Origin: Eledone cirrhosa
Taxonomy: Eukaryota
Direction: 5' to 3'
NCBI GenBank assembly: GCA_964016885.1
Contig: OZ024744.1
Coordinates: 32,612,001 to 32,676,000, forward strand
Length of the DNA stretch: 64,000 bases
This document shows positions 62,573 through 64,000 of this stretch, in pieces (within the stretch, counting starts at the first letter, position 1; each line of letters starts with the position of its first letter). Under the pieces are notes generated by a model that had not been told where the DNA came from, did no database searches, and worked only from the letters and a program-made list of their open reading frames with translations. The position numbers and the translations under genes are program-made.

Positions 62573-63197
62573 TTAATACTACTACTGCTACTAATAATAA
62601 TAATAGTAATAAATAAAGAAATAAATGAAAAAGTAAAAGTAAAATTAAAAAGAAGAAAAAATGTTGTTCAGAAACGGATTTACTAGTTTCCTGTATGTAT
62701 GAATAGGGTTTCGTATTTACTGAGAAAAAGCTTTTGTTAGCCATAGGAAAGATGCAGTGAGCGTTAAGTCAGGCATAGATTATATTCTTGATTAAGGAAA
62801 TATTTATAATTAAACAGAACGGAAGAGCTACGTTAAAATATTTAGTTGGATGAAAAGAAATGGTTTTCATAATCATTTGGATTCAAACTAATGAAGACAA
62901 AACTTTTTCTTTAATAGCTTTAATATTCCCATGAGAATCACTAGTTTTGATTTCTTTTACATTAAAAATAAAATGTGTTGTGTGCCAGTCTATACTCAGC
63001 TGTTCGACCTTGTAGAAATAACAGTTTATTTTCCCTTAAATTACACAAGTTTCTGGTATTCATTTAGAACAGTGATTCCCAAAATGGAGGCACATGGCTC
63101 CCAGGAGAGGATTTTTTGTTAAGAGAGGAACTGGCGGGAAATGTTATTCAGAGGGGGGGGGGGGGTATCCAATTCGGAAAATATAATTTACATTTAA

Positions 63198-63370
63198 TTA
63201 TATCAAATGAAATATCTATATACCCAACTATAGAGTATATAGTATATATATCTAATGAAATACCAATATACCCAACTACAGTGTATATAATGTGTATATA
63301 TATCAAATGAAATATATACCCAAATATAGTGTATATTGCGTATATATCAAATAAATATATACCCAATATA
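63198..63370. repeat. Degenerate AT-rich minisatellite, about four ~45-50-bp units
   Basis: Recurring TATATCAAATGAAATA...TATACCCAA. Confidence 0.7.
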
Positions 63371-63426
63371 TAAAATTAAAAAAAACGGACTTAAAACCTC
63401 ACATTATATATATATATATATATATA

Positions 63427-63784
63427 TATAACAACTAGAAATTGATTAACATATAAATAAAGATATGAAACAATCACAGGGGATAATTTTTACAAGTGTG
63501 TAAGCACACACAGCTAGGTAGGTAACTAAATAAAGTTAACTAGAACTTCAAAAATAGATACCTTATAATATGATTAATGTTCCCTGTATATATTCCATTA
63601 AAATATATTTTAATGGAATATATATAGGGAAGATTAATCATATTATAAGGTATCTATTTTTGAAGTTCTAGTTAACTTTATTCAGTTACCTACCTAGCTG
63701 TGTGTGCTTACACACTTGTAAAAATTATCCCCTGTGATTGTTTCATATCTTTATTTATATGTTAATCAATTTCTAGTTGTTATA
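63427..63784. repeat. 358-bp spacer-less palindrome
   Basis: Arms pair about the centre 63605/63606; I counted three mismatches by eye. Confidence 0.95.
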
Positions 63785-64000
63785 AAATGCTCGGACCTAT
63801 TCATTAGAATCTTGGAGCTTATTTTACGGGTGATATGGCGCATGTCTTTCTGGCATGACACCCATAATTTTGATTTAGATTAAATTCATTTTGATTTATC
63901 TTAATTTTGGATATAGATATATATATATATATATGAAAGATTCAAAGGGTTATCAAACTGACACATGTTTCTGCCGACTTAAAATTTCATCCTTGGGCCA

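Overview
Eukaryotic, gene-poor, repeat-dominated DNA. The microsatellite style and SINE sequence suggest a marine invertebrate, possibly an octopod cephalopod (inference). I found no intact host gene. The centre (about 6.76-39.68 kb) is a ~33 kb cluster of about 11 Tx1-type (L1 clade) non-LTR retrotransposon copies from several subfamilies. Most sit head-to-tail in (ATCT)n microsatellite: eight on + (units A-H), then three on - (units I-K). One copy keeps an open 1140-aa ORF2. In all four full-length copies a 5' splice-site consensus overlaps the ORF1 stop codon. ORF2 always ends in TAG, usually preceded by pyrimidines and followed by G, so all of ORF2 may be a spliceable intron. In the best copy that splice recreates the native ORF1 end (AG|G TAA). 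This is the most novel-looking signal and it is untested. The rest is a mosaic: Penelope-like elements with inverted pseudo-LTRs and two hammerhead ribozyme motifs, a deleted Helitron with both termini, a Gypsy LTR element with a non-canonical primer-binding site, RTE and CRE-like fragments, RTE-derived non-autonomous repeats, tRNA-derived SINEs, and a 358-bp spacer-less palindrome. Most ORFs in the supplied track are microsatellite or antisense artefacts.
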